DNA from: Perna viridis
Lineage: Eukaryota
Direction: 5' to 3'
NCBI GenBank assembly: GCA_037379345.1
Contig: CM074522.1
Coordinates: 4,402,001 to 4,466,000 of the forward strand
DNA length: 64,000 bases
The translations under genes and the position numbers were made by a program. The notes under the pieces were generated by a model. It made no database searches. It had not been told where the DNA came from and saw only the letters and a program-made list of their open reading frames with translations. Positions 38,590 to 51,499 of the stretch are shown piece by piece (positions within the stretch are counted from its first letter, which is position 1; each line of letters starts with the position of its first letter).

Positions 38590-41500
38590 AACTTTATTGA
38601 TCTTTGTTTCAAGAAATGTACATGACTTATTTACAGTTCAAAATGAAAGAGCAATAAAAATTAAACACAGACAATAGTATTACTGCTAATTGGCTTGACA
38701 TTTATAATAGAAACTAGAATCCAGGGATGAATAGAACTGGTGCTTAAAAATTGAGCAATAACATGTCATTATAATAAAAATGCGGACAATATAGTAAAGC
38801 AGAATGTAAAATAGAAAAAAAAGAACGAAAACTTTAATCCCAGCCTATAAAGTCACAACTGATCAAAAGTGCCATTGACAAAAGACATTATGGTTAAAAA
38901 AGAATAGAAATAATTCACAGTATCAAAATAGATATGTTTTAAAGAAAGACACAAAAAAAAGCATTTCTTTAAATGTCTTGAATACTAGCACTGGTTGTAA
39001 TTCAATATTAAGTATTTTCATTTATGCATTTTACATTTAGACTGCTTAACAAAATTGTTTGAGTATTGGAATTGGAACACATCCTTCCCTCTTTTTGTTT
39101 AAAAATTTTGTAATAAAATATTTCCTGGAACACATCCCCCCTTTTTCTGGAACCCAAATTTCTAAAATACGGTAGACATGACATAGTTCAAGTAGTTTGT
39201 TTATAAAATAAATGACAAGCCCTAGTCATATCGTGACATTATATCAGAATTTGGTATGATTACCAAATAAATCACAGAAACTCCATTTGACCATTTTTAC
39301 CATGAACTGGCCACTTACGTCATTCATAAGGATATAAATGGCCAGCCCGTGGTAAAACAATGATAAAATAGAGTTTCCATGATCTATTTCGATTCTAATA
39401 GGACTAGTTTCTTCGTATTTTTGAATAGACGCAGCCTATGTGTTGCACGAAATGTTAGTCATGTGTTTATCACTTTTTTATCATGGCTGTTGTCTTAGAG
39501 CTTTGGATCATGTAATATTAGAATTATAAATACACCAGGATAATTTAACATGTATCAATGACTCAAATGAAATTAAACATGTACAAAAAACACACAATAC
39601 AAAAAATAGTCACAGTCACTGCCATTATACACACATAGAGAAACTTAATATAAATTATAATTTTTTGGGCATGTTAAAATAATAATGTTATAAGCATGGC
39701 CTCACAATTTTATGAATATTAGGACTATACAAGTAAAATTTCACTGAGGGCAGTCAAATGCTACATCAGAAGAATTCCAACCCCTTTAGGAAAATTTTAT
39801 TGATTCAGCTAATCATATAACAAGCAAACAGATAGAATTAAGGAGCAACTTATTATAAAAATAATTCTGTAACCAGAATGGCTCCCTATACTTATATAAT
39901 GAAATCCTTGTATTCCACTTATCGTCATTAAAAAAAAAGGATTTTCACATACGTATGTACCTAAGTGACACTTAGCATTAACAGAATTAAAGCTTATAAC
40001 AGCCTCATCACAAAAATGTCATCGTGATTGGTCCATTAAAATATACTAATGAATCAGGAAGTTTAATTAATCAAAAACATAAAGATGTAAGAATCATCAT
40101 TTAAAGACTAGAATTAAAAGCAGGCAAAAACTTACAGAGAACAATCTTCTTATAAAATTTTATTGTATAGCAACATATCAGTATAACTTTATTTATACTC
40201 AAGGGAGTTAACAAGACCTTAAAAGTATTTTATTGACTCAAAATGAAACAGGATAAGAAGCGTAAAGATACATAATCAGGAATAGATACGAATGATTATT
40301 ATAGGTATGCATTCTTAGGAGGTTGACCCAGCATACCAACCTTCTAAATTGGAAAAAAAATTGCATAAAATCTTGAATTTTCACAAATTATATCCCCAAA
40401 AATGTTCTTACCTTGCTTCGCTTGGCCTTTAGTTGTATCATACCCCCTTATCAGAAATCCTGAATACACCCATGTGTTTTCTCTTACCCCATAATTTCTG
40501 ACATACTTTTGAAGCTTTAGTGAATCTTACACTTTCCAAGCAGAACAATTGTGCTGACAACCAAAATGACTATAAAATGATAACTGAACATTACATCATA
40601 TTACAAACACTCCTTACATAACTAAACCAAACTCACATTATCTTCTGCCTATGTTTACTGGATTTCTATAATTCATGTCTACTGTGCATAGCTATAAAAA
40701 TCCCACTTGTTCAATCTTTGATACAGAATATTTTATCTAATGGGCCCTCAAAAAAATACTTGATTCTAAGGCCCTCTCTCACCCAGGGCTCTTCACCTCT
40801 GTTTATGCCTTAAAGGTGCTACAATACCTAGACCAACAAAAACCTTTCGCTCTTTAATTTTACTTTCACTATGAACAGTGTAAAAAAACCCACATCACTT
40901 AATGGAGACAACAAAAAGAAAATAATATAATATATCCTTCTCTCAAAGATTTGAATGAACCAAGATATTAACTCCAAATGGCCTAAAACAAAATTAAAAT
41001 TACTATTACAATAGATGTTCTGTCAAACTACATGTACACACAATTTTTTTAACACACAAACCTAAAGACTAAAACCTAGAAAAAAAACAAGGCTGAATAT
41101 TGGAATAAATAAAATAAGCAGATACAAGTACATCTGAAATTTCTATTAGCTTAGAATGAAAACTGTCATATATCTACATGTATTTCTAATGTACCTAATC
41201 CCAAGAAATCTCATGTTTATATATTTTAACCACACAACCTTTGATCAGTCAAAACACCACCAGGGTACCTATAATGCAGGGATCGAAAATAAACATTTTC
41301 CCCATTGGCCCAATTGGCAACCTAATTTTGGATGTTGTTTCCTGTTTAGTATATATAAGGGCAAGTAACCTTCACTCTCCATGTTCAGTTAAGGCATATC
41401 TTGTCTGCTTGATTTGTTGACAAGTTTTCTTATTTCCACCCCGTAATATAGTATAATGACAGAGAAAATTTTTTCTCATTTTATTAGAGCTTCAGGTGTG

Positions 41501-41951
41501 AAAACCTATTAAAAAGCATATAGTAGATTTGGGCAAAATGTCCTGGGGATTATCCTTGGTGCAATAAATTTGCAAAATATTTTAAAATTGAGCCTCTTTA
41601 ATTGGGTAAAGGTTCAGTGAATAGCATAACACTAACATCATCTAACCAGTGCCAATAATTTATAAACAGAATACAGAACTAGTAAATATTATAGATCCTT
41701 TTATAACAGTTTTTTGTACAGGCTCAGTTGATACTTCAATTAGAAACATGCTACACATTTTAAACTCTTAACAGTTCAACCCAATTTTTACGGGGAAGTG
41801 TAGCACTTACGATGCAGAAGTGCCAAATGAGCCTTGATGGGAATATCTCTCTGTCAATGACTGATATTCCAAGTTGAGGAGATCACAGCCATATAAATAC
41901 TATGATTTATGGAATTTATACAATGAAGTACTATCTAGAGTGTCACATTCA
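38590..41951 (-). other. Putative long 3' UTR of RER1
   Basis: U-rich minus strand downstream of the stop, ending at AATAAA (38598-38593). Earlier AATAAA sites exist, so the length is uncertain. Confidence 0.35.
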
Positions 41952-44900
41952 TCATTTGGCATTCACAACTTTTCCTGAATCTTCTTTACCTAGGTACTTC
42001 CTTTTCCCATGAGAAAATGGTAAATATTTGTACTTTATCATGTGCTGAAAACAGAAAATTTTATTCAAATTTCTTTTGTAAAATACATGTATATAAAATA
42101 CTTATTCTTTTCATACTTAAAATGACCATAAATTTTGTGTATATAACCTGATCAAACTGAAATTTAAACTTGATCTTTATTTTATGATACTCAGTAACTA
42201 TAAAAAGTTTGAAAAAGATCCTTTCATATCTTCTGAAGTTGTCATCTGGAAACCGTTGGGGAAGGACAGATGGACATATAACTTTTCGGAGAGTATCACT
42301 TAATACAAATACTGCAAAAAAGTCTCTTTATGTTATTACATCTTTGAGACAGTGTTAGATGTGAAACTGTTGTGAAATGAGATTGACTTGTAAATCCAGG
42401 AACAAAGTATCCATGAAAATAATTGGTTTATGGTGGTTTATGAAGAAATTAACAGATAAGACGATGGTAGTAATACTCTTTTCAAATCAGCTGGTCACTA
42501 TTGCTTACAGACTTAAATCTTACCTTAATTTGTCTTTTCATTGTTATAACAAACAGTAAGATGAAATACATGACTAAGATAGGCCAGAATACTGGTATAT
42601 TTAATGCATCAAAGCAGGTACAAATCATAGCTATAGTTATAGCCTTTACAGCACTGTACCTGAAAATAAAATATATAAATAATAAACAGGTACAAATCAC
42701 AAATCATAGCTACAGTTATGGCCTTTACAGCACTGCACCTGAAAATAAAATATATAAATAATAAACAGGTACATAACATAGCTATAGTTATGGCCTTTAC
42801 AGCACTGCACCTGAAAATAAAATATATAAATAATAAACAGGTACATAACATAGCTATAGTTATGGCCTTTACAGCACTATACCTGAAAATAAAATATATA
42901 AATAATAAACAGGTACATATCATAGCTATAGTTATGGCCTTTACAGCACTATACCTGAAAATAAAATATATAAATAATAAACAGGTACAAACCACAAATC
43001 ATAGCTATAACTATAGCTATGATTTGCACCGGTTTATTATTTATATATTTATTTTCAGGTACAGTGCTGTAAAGGCTATAACTATAGCTATGATTTGTAC
43101 CTGTTACATGTACAAATCATAGCTATAGTTATGGCCTTTACAGTACTTTACTTGAAAATAAAACGTATTCAAGTTAGTTTTTTTTTGCCTTCAAAAACTG
43201 TTCTTAAAGTCAAAGGGGTATAACTCCAAAATTCTATTGATCATAAATTCCAGGTAATATGCACAACCACACTTTATGTCCTAACTACCTACAAGTTTCA
43301 TAAATTTTGTGCAGTAGTTTCCAGTGAGTTATACATACAAAAGTGTGAGGGCCACAGAGACATGGACACAGACAGAAGGACCGTGCAACAATAATATGTC
43401 TTCCTAAGAGATATATTTCGTAATGTATAAAAAAAAAACATCTGTTTATTTGCAATTTTGATGAGAATGATGTAAACGTAAAATGAACAAAAGAGAATAG
43501 CAGAAAAGGCAATTTTTTCCATAAATGAACTTTACATATATCAAATTGCTCAACTTCAACTGGGCAAAATTGAAATTAATTATACAATAAATCTGGATTT
43601 GACAAAGAGAAGCAGAGGAAAATCATCTGTAAAATTAAACATATCAATGAAACAACTTATTAATTTAACTTCATGGGAGAAAAAAATACATGACACTGTT
43701 CATTGTTGTGGTCAAAGGTAACTCATCAGTCATGTACATTTCAAGTCTCAACTACAGTGACTTATACACAATTTCTACACCAGATTACTGATTAATGCTG
43801 TAAATATTAAGTCTAATAAAGTCTAAAGTCTAAATAATAGTGTTTTCCCCAGGAATTTGTAAAGGGATGGTTATTTAAGAATTTTAAGGGCACTCATCCA
43901 TCACGGAAAGTTACATTTGGGGCACCCCACCGTGACATCAGGGCAATTCATTTACTGAAATCTCAATAAACATCCTTCACCCAAGCATGGTATTGTAAAA
44001 GTATCATAAATAGGGAGTTAACACAACAGGAGTACATGTTAACATGCTAATTAGTTAAAAATAATTAAATTAATTTTCTAACTTGAATGTTTGGTTTGGC
44101 CATCTGGGGCACAAGTAAAATTCATGATGAAGGCAGCATGGTGCTAGAAGATGAAGGCATGGTGCAGTGCCATGCTAAATTGGTGTGGGGAAACCTCTAA
44201 ATATCTTAAGAAACATGTACACTCAAGTTTTCATATGTGAATATGGTTTCTAAAGCCACTTATACTGAACTGTAATCAGTATTTCATTTTCATATTTCAT
44301 TTGAATAAAGTAACTTAAATGTAGTGAAACAAAGCCATTCTAATTTTAGCCTGAATTCTGCTGGTACATTTCTGTATTAAATTCATAACCAAGTTACATT
44401 TTTATATATATATATAAAATAATAAAACTCACTACTATTACGCTGTTCTAGTTTAAAAATTTAAGGTTTCCACAACAAAACTTGAATAAAAGAATATTTC
44501 ATCACTGAATGTCTGTTTTTTAACTTAACAGAAGATTTTTTAATTGTCAAAGGAAACGTTCAACATTATAAACAATTTCCTCCCACCAAACTTTCTCTTG
44601 TCTTCATTTAAAAGAAATGGGAATCCCAGAAACCTGAATAATAATTTCAGATGTAACATGCTTTCTGATTGGATAAAAGTTATTGTCCATCATCTCATAG
44701 ACCAAATTTTGTTGTGTGAATGTGATGTCATCATCTTTCTTTGATGAATTACTCCTTAAATTTTGATACTAAAATAAAATTATAAGGAATGACTGCTATA
44801 TTTTTACACAGGTTATTTTGTGTGCACCCATGTGTTTGTGGTTATTTCTTCATAGCCCAAAATATAACAGTCAGTCCTTAAAAACACAATAATTGAAAAA

Positions 44901-47887
44901 GGAAGAGTGAATAACCGTAATAGGATCACATGTGCCAAAGAAGGCCTTGACTAAGCAAGTAGACGGAACCTTTTTTGCACAAAGTTAAATCTTCGAGCTT
45001 TCTTAGAAAGAGATATCATATTTTGGTTCATCACAATTACCAAATATTATCCGTTTTACTTTATAGATTTTTCACTTTAACCAAATGATTCTCTTTTCAT
45101 TAATTCTATATATAGAATTTCTCATATAATTTATCACTTTTAATCAACATGAATTTTAAATTCTGCGACTGGCAAATTAATATCCATGTTGCAACATTTT
45201 CGTCTGGAGAAAGTTCAAAAGTGAAATTGCTTAATTTATTTAACAGTATGAATTATAGAAATGTATTACAAAGGGAACATTCAATAAATCACTGCTATCT
45301 TTATAATAGTTTCTGCTTAAAAGACTTACCAAAATTTAAACTCAGGTAACCTCCTCATGAAAGGTTTAAATTCTTCATTTGCTTTTGTAGGTAATGAGGG
45401 ACCATCCTCTATAACAATAAATAAAAAGTTCATAATTATGTACATGTAATAATATAAAACAAGATGAATTGTTTGTCAACTGAAGATCCCTGTATACGGC
45501 CAGTTCCATAATTTGAAAATACTAATCCTGGATTCTTATCCTATATATTTTCCATTGGGGGAGAATATCTTATTTCCTTTAGAATAATTTATACATGCAT
45601 TTTCAATTACTGATTAGTAAATTCCATTTAAGGCATCTTACAGAACTTTCATACAAAACTGAAGGCATTGTACACAAATTACACATAAGGGCTATTCTAG
45701 TAAAATTTCCCTAAAGGGAGTTGACAACATTTAAACCTTGGTTTGGGATATTTCTGATATTTTACAAATTTAATGCATTGCAAGTATGATATTAATTCTC
45801 TTGGTAGTACCCCTTATGAATTGTGGTGTTCCACCCTCTTCAGGAAAATTTTACTGGAATAGCCTTGAGCATAAGTATAGTAATTTTCAAAAATAAGGAA
45901 CTGGTAACAAAACATCTGATATATTATATTTGAGAAACAGTATCTGTCTTTGCTAGTAGTTGACTATCCTATTTCTAGAATAGGCAAACAATTATCACTC
46001 ATATTGTATTGCCAAATACTTTGGACAGAAGTGGTGATGACCAATTTTAGTGTCTTTTCTTTGACTGCCATTTGAATATCATTATGTCTGATTATAAAAT
46101 GATTATAGATGAGTAATAAATGGTCATTTTTTAAAACTTTTTAAAAATAAAAACACCTACCCTCATCATCAATAATAGCAGGATCTACTTGAGGTGTTAA
46201 AAAGGCTATAAATAGATTCAGTAAATATATTCCTAGAGCATAAGTAATTATATACCATCCCTAAAAAAAATAAAAAAAGAATAAATTATTGATATCAAAA
46301 TCAATTGAATAAAAGAACATATATTATAAAATGTTCAACTGCTATGATTCATTATGGTTTTCAATAGAAGTTATTAGAAGAAATTATCAATTTCACTCAA
46401 ACTTCTTGTTTATGTAAAGAACATTCATAATTCTATTTAAAGCTGCATTAGCTGCCAAATTTGTTTAGTTCTGATTCTACTGAATTTTGCAGATTCAATG
46501 AAATTATAGTAATGCAATTGAAGCAATAAATGTTGGTAATTCCTACAGAATATTGTGAAAGGAACGTCTTTTTAATCAAAGATGATCAATAGCTCTGATC
46601 TAATCATTTTTCGCCATTACTTCCGAAGATTGCCGACAGGACATTCACCTGGGTTAAAAATACTTTCACCTTGGTAAAAAAGGTAACAATTACCAATACA
46701 TAGGTAAGCATATGTCTTGTTTACATTTCATTTCATCTATTTCTTGATTAGTTTCAAAATAAATAATGACAATTACTGGCCATATTTGTGCCACATAATA
46801 TCACAAACCATAACTTTCATAAGGATCCTTGCGTTATACTCAAACTGTCCTTTTACGGTTTGAGTTCGTTGGTCTACCCTGCTGTTGAATAACCACTTTC
46901 ACTTTGCAATCAGATTTTTTTAAAGAATTGACCCTTACAGCACATACACGGATTAAGGTCACCAGAAGTTACATGCATACAGATTTATCTAGATTGATTT
47001 TTTTGTCTTGCAAGACAATAAATGTATTGACACCTATTTCATGTTTTGTATGGATTTTATTTGTGGATATCAAATGAAATAATACAGGAAAAGTACAATT
47101 TAGTAGAAATAATTCAAAGTTAAGGCATGCTTCAACAGAAACAAACATTTACGAAAATGACAGCTAATGCAACAATAAAATTAACATGATCAACTTCATA
47201 ATAAGTCATTAACTGAAAAACTAGCCAATATGCTAAGGAACTATCCTTTTGTCATAATAAACAAATTTTACTTGACAAGGCCAGTAGCCAAAGGCAATCA
47301 AGGTATAGTGAATAGTGATATACATGTACATCAATAACATCATCATTCTCAGGCTACAATTTTGCAGTCTTCAAGATACATGTATACCTATATTTAACAT
47401 ATGCACTACATTTTACTAACCTGTAATATATATACACGAATACCATACAATATGAACCATAACACTAAGAATGCCCATCTAGCTGCCAAATGAGGGGTAG
47501 CTTTATCAAGCATTCCCTGATGAACCTAAAAAAAAGGATAACTCAAATTGAAAGAAGCCATACTGCATTGTGTAATTTTGGCGGTATTAATTGTAATATG
47601 TGAGCATTTTAAACCTGTAGCATGTCAAAATATCATTTTTATACATTTGTAAATGACCTTTTAAGCTGGATTGAGATAAATGAAGCATGATCCTCGGAGG
47701 CTCTCTAATCCCAATCACTGTATTATTTCAACTTATTGCACATATATATTATGCATGTTTTGTTTTGATATGTTTAATAATTGATAATTATGTAGGTTCA
47801 TTTATAAATTGTTATTACCTCTCCTATTCTTTTGAAAAACATTGTAACAGCTCCTGGCTGAGATGCTGGTTGGTCAATGGCATCCAT
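41952..47887 (-). CDS. RER1: Protein RER1 (Golgi-to-ER retrieval receptor), 193 aa; exons 47887-47819, 47525-47421, 46260-46161, 45408-45330, 42659-42524, 42044-41952
   Basis: All introns are GT-AG and phase-consistent (582 nt CDS). Translation [40 protein letters not shown]...[34 protein letters not shown]...[26 protein letters not shown]...[41 protein letters not shown] carries the hallmark Rer1 motifs. Confidence 0.97.
42615..43162. repeat. Tandem (72-79 bp) and inverted duplications of the acceptor and 5' end of RER1 coding exon 5
   Basis: TTTTCAG|G acceptor copies at 42660, 42739, 42811, 42883 and 42955, an inverted copy at ~43003-43103 and a degenerate direct copy at ~43110-43162. Confidence 0.93.
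45688..45866. mobile_element. MITE in RER1 intron
   Basis: About 30-bp imperfect TIRs AGGGCTATTCTAGTAAAATTTCCCTAAAG and CTTCAGGAAAATTTTACTGGAATAGCCTT. Confidence 0.7.
46441..47175. mobile_element. Kolobok-like non-autonomous DNA transposon in RER1 intron
   Basis: Left end TTAA|AGCTGCATTAGCTGCCA and right end TGACAGCTAATGCAAC form imperfect TIRs. The right-hand TTAA is not intact. Confidence 0.55.
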
Positions 47888-48489
47888 TTTCGATCAAGTT
47901 ACCTAGAACTAAATATATCATAAATAATGATATACATTGTACACACATAGAGTATACACTGGACATATCTTATAAATATTATGATGATATAACTATCCTT
48001 CATGTGGTAGCAATGACCCTATGTCCAAGAATATATGACTTTTTAAGTTGGGGATTCTGCAGTATGACAAGAGTACCGTCCTTTAAACGATTCTTATGAC
48101 TTCCAAGTTTAAATCATTCATGTCGCACCTACCTTTTACTTCTGGAATCATTTTCCGGTAAGCTGATACCATAATTGCTTCAAAATATTACATTTTTTAT
48201 TGAAGTATTTATCATTTTTCAAGAGAGACCCAGTTTTGTTGACATTTTGAATCGTAATACATGAGAAGTGGTGCAAGACAAAAGTAGGTGCAGTTTGTCA
48301 CTTTTCATTCAGAATGGAGCAGACAAGACTTTGAAAACCTGAATCTAACAGATTTTATAATTTAGGCGAATAATTACATGTCTGCTACTGTTCCATTCCA
48401 AAGGGCAGTACTCCTCCATACTGCTGAATGTCCAACTTTTTGTATGGCATGTTGTTTTGAACCCAACACGACATATCAATATCAAAATA

Positions 48490-50015
48490 AACAAGAGGCT
48501 CCCAGAAGCATGTATCACTCACCTGGTTGAATTTTGCCTTTCAAGGACAATATATTAAACAAGAAGTTGTTTCAAGACATTGGCTGAAAACTATTAAAAA
48601 AAAAATTCTGTCATTTACCCTTTCAAGGGCAATAACTCTTATAAGAAAGTGTCTGACAAATTTTATGCCTGAAGACTTTTGTAGTCCTAAAAATAAGAAT
48701 CATTTCAGCTATTGAAAGAATTTGGCTAAAATAGATATATGTGAAAAACTACTGTCTGACCCCTCTGTTCTATTTTTAGTAACAGTGGCCGTGTTTTTCG
48801 ATGGATCAAAAACCCCCACTTCAATTCTATGCAGGATACCCCAAGGAACACTTATACCGAGTTTTGTTTCAATTGGTAAAATAGTGTCAGAGGCAGACCC
48901 ATCGAAACCTGCCGGACCGTCGGACCTGTCCGGTAAAATTGTCCCGGGTCCGGTAAATACACGTGGCTTGTCGGCCCGGGTGTCCGATGTTTTTTTCTTA
49001 CGTTAAAGATTTTCTCAAAACTGAAGTGGTTTTTGTGAATAATAAAACTAGAACGTTTTAATAATTACATGAATAAGTCTACAGTCTAGCGAGATAAACA
49101 ATCAATTTGACTGTAAACAATAATATGTAATTTCCGGTTCATTCGCTACACGTCATTTCGTCCTTTGATATATCGTCCCTTCCGTTGTCTCGCTACTCGT
49201 TTACATGTGAAACATTGTGGAGAGCCTTTGTGACAAAGACAATGATGATGATTATGAAGACAGTGAATGTTTTGACTATCAAGATGAAATGTTAAATTTT
49301 GAAATGATTATGTTTTATGCCAGAGATTGAGAATAGATTTTATAATTTAATAACAATAGTTTATTTCAAATTTAAAAAATCAACAATATATAATACAAAG
49401 AACTCAAAACAAAGTTCACATGTTTTGTTTATGAAGACTCATCAGATACACTCTAGCCAAAATGAATAATGGTGACAAATTAACAAATTCAAGAGCCCAT
49501 ACCCAGTAGTTTTAAAATCAGCTTGATAATAAAATGTACTTGGAGATTCCCAACCCCCATCAAAAATGTTAGCGTGTCGATAAATTGTTCAGAGTTTTTT
49601 CGGTCAGACAAATTGTCGTTCGGTCAGACAAGTCATCACCTTGTGTCTGACCGAATGTCAGATGTGCTTAAAAAAATTTCGATGGGTCTGGTCAGAGGAG
49701 AAGATTTTTGAAAGAATTAATATTAAAAATAGCAAAAAACATTGAAAAAGGGCAATAACTCCAACATGGCATAATAGATTAAAATGAAAATTTGGCCACA
49801 GATAGATATCATCATGCTGGACACTTTTACCCCTTTCAGAATGGGCTAAACCTAACCGTCTTGGAGATAAATGCAAAAAACTATTGCCTGACCCCTATGT
49901 TTTATTTTTAGTAATGGCGGCCATGTTTTTCAACGGATCAAAAATCCCCATATCAGTATGCAGGATACCCCAAGGAACATTCATACATAGTCTACGGCCA
50001 GGTGAGCTAAAAAAA
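48490..50015. mobile_element. Helentron/HINE-like element with internal repeat units, split by a hAT insertion
   Basis: Ends ACAAGAGGCTC...CTCACCTGG and CCAGGTGAGCTAAAA are inverted. An internal unit (AAGGGCAATAACTC...GGATACCCCAAGGAACA) occurs on both sides of the insertion. Confidence 0.6.
48894..49690. mobile_element. Non-autonomous hAT transposon (797 bp)
   Basis: Perfect 14-bp TIRs CAGACCCATCGAAA/TTTCGATGGGTCTG and a perfect 8-bp TSD GTCAGAGG (48886-48893 and 49691-49698). Confidence 0.93.
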
Positions 50016-50510
50016 GGACAGTTGCAGGGTCAGAGGAAATTAGGACTACCCTGCTCAATGCCACCACCCTTATATTGTTTAATCACTTACACAGTGGTTG
50101 CGAAGTAAATTTTGAGACAGGGTCATATGCAGGATTCTCAATGATATTCACAGTGACCATTTGTTTGAAAACCATACACTTTTCTTTTGCATGTAAATTG
50201 TATATAAATTTCTACTTGATCTGTTATATAATGGCTAAAGCTAGCACAGTAGCAGATAATAGACCTTTTATTAAACTAATAAAAGTGGAATATTGTATTC
50301 TACTTTTAAGATGTAAAGTAGTTGCTTGTATTAATTGAAAAAAACATTCTGGTGAAGGAAAAAGCTGAAGATCTTGTCCTGAAAGTGTACAAATATATAA
50401 CAGTTTTGAGGTGGTTGACAAGTTATTTGCGAAGGATGCCTGTATACTCCAATTGGGCCAAATGAAAACACACGAGATTTCAAGAGTGCTCAACCTTTGC
50501 CAGATTTTAC

Positions 50511-50672
50511 CTAGATTTGTAAGTAGACTCTTTTTCGTAAATAATGAGAATTTTGGTTGATTATGTTTGTAAATGTTGATTAAGGACTGTTTTCGGCATT
50601 TTTGTACACGTTGCAGTCGGTTTCTTTCCAGACCGATGGTGTACACTTCACTTCCGGTTCATTGCGCAGGTG
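50511..50672 (-). promoter_or_regulatory. Probable RER1 promoter and non-coding exon 1
   Basis: ETS-type ACCGGAAGTG and TGCGCA motifs at ~50649-50668 in a locally CpG-richer patch. Donor TAG|GTAAAA at 50510 could join the acceptor at 47903, just before the ATG. Confidence 0.5.
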
Positions 50673-51499
50673 CAAGAATTAGTCTATTCGTCCCAATAAT
50701 TTTTCGCTCCATACAGTATCGAGTCTTGAACCCGGGTTTTGTCTAAACCATACAACCGGCTTTATAATTAGAACGAATTGTTGAAACAAAATGATAAGGG
50801 AATCATTGCTGGACGCAAAAAGTAGGAGGGGTAGGTGAGGTGACCAAAATTTTTCTATGTTCCAAGAGGTGGAGGAAATGTTGATTTTCCTGTTTTTTTG
50901 TTTTTTTTTTATTGACAAGATGATTCCATGAACCATTTTCGGCAGAATTTTCAGACATTTGAATACTTTTTAAAGAAAGAAATGGTACATGTAATATTTT
51001 CCTGAAACGAAATGTCACACTTTTTTCTGTTTAATTAATTTTATGCTCCACGTTTTCATTTTCCGAAACTTAATTGTTTGTGAACCGAGTCGACCAATGA
51101 GTCATTTTTGTTCAATAACGCTTGGCACCAATGACGGATGCTAGGATATAGCAAGGCTACGTATTATTAAAACAAGAATCTATGCATGTAATACACAATA
51201 CCATGACCATAAAGTGAATAAAAAACACATCATGTATAAAAACAAAAAAATAAAAAAATACATTGTCTTATTTGAACACACAATTTAACACGGTTTTAAA
51301 TAATGCTTCCATTTATAATCAGGTATACCCTTTTCTCAAGAAACACGTGTATCAAATGGGTACGCAAGTGTAAATAAACCAGATTGGTAGAACACCTTAT
51401 TTTATGGTTTATAGTCAGTAATTACTGCTATTTACAACCTGTACAAAGTTTACAAAGCGTTCAATACTTTTGATACCCGAATTGTAAAACATTCCGACA

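Noticed and set aside
42609-43122. Repetitive ORFs of 128 and 134 aa as novel proteins
   Set aside because: They are by-products of the 72-bp duplications of the RER1 intron-exon boundary.
43838-44199. hAT-like MITE in RER1 intron
   Set aside because: The termini are only loosely inverted and no TSD was found, so it is too weak to list.
50090-50220. Candidate first coding exon of RER1
   Set aside because: The phase is wrong and there is no Rer1 similarity. The exon at 47887-47819 fits the family N-terminus.
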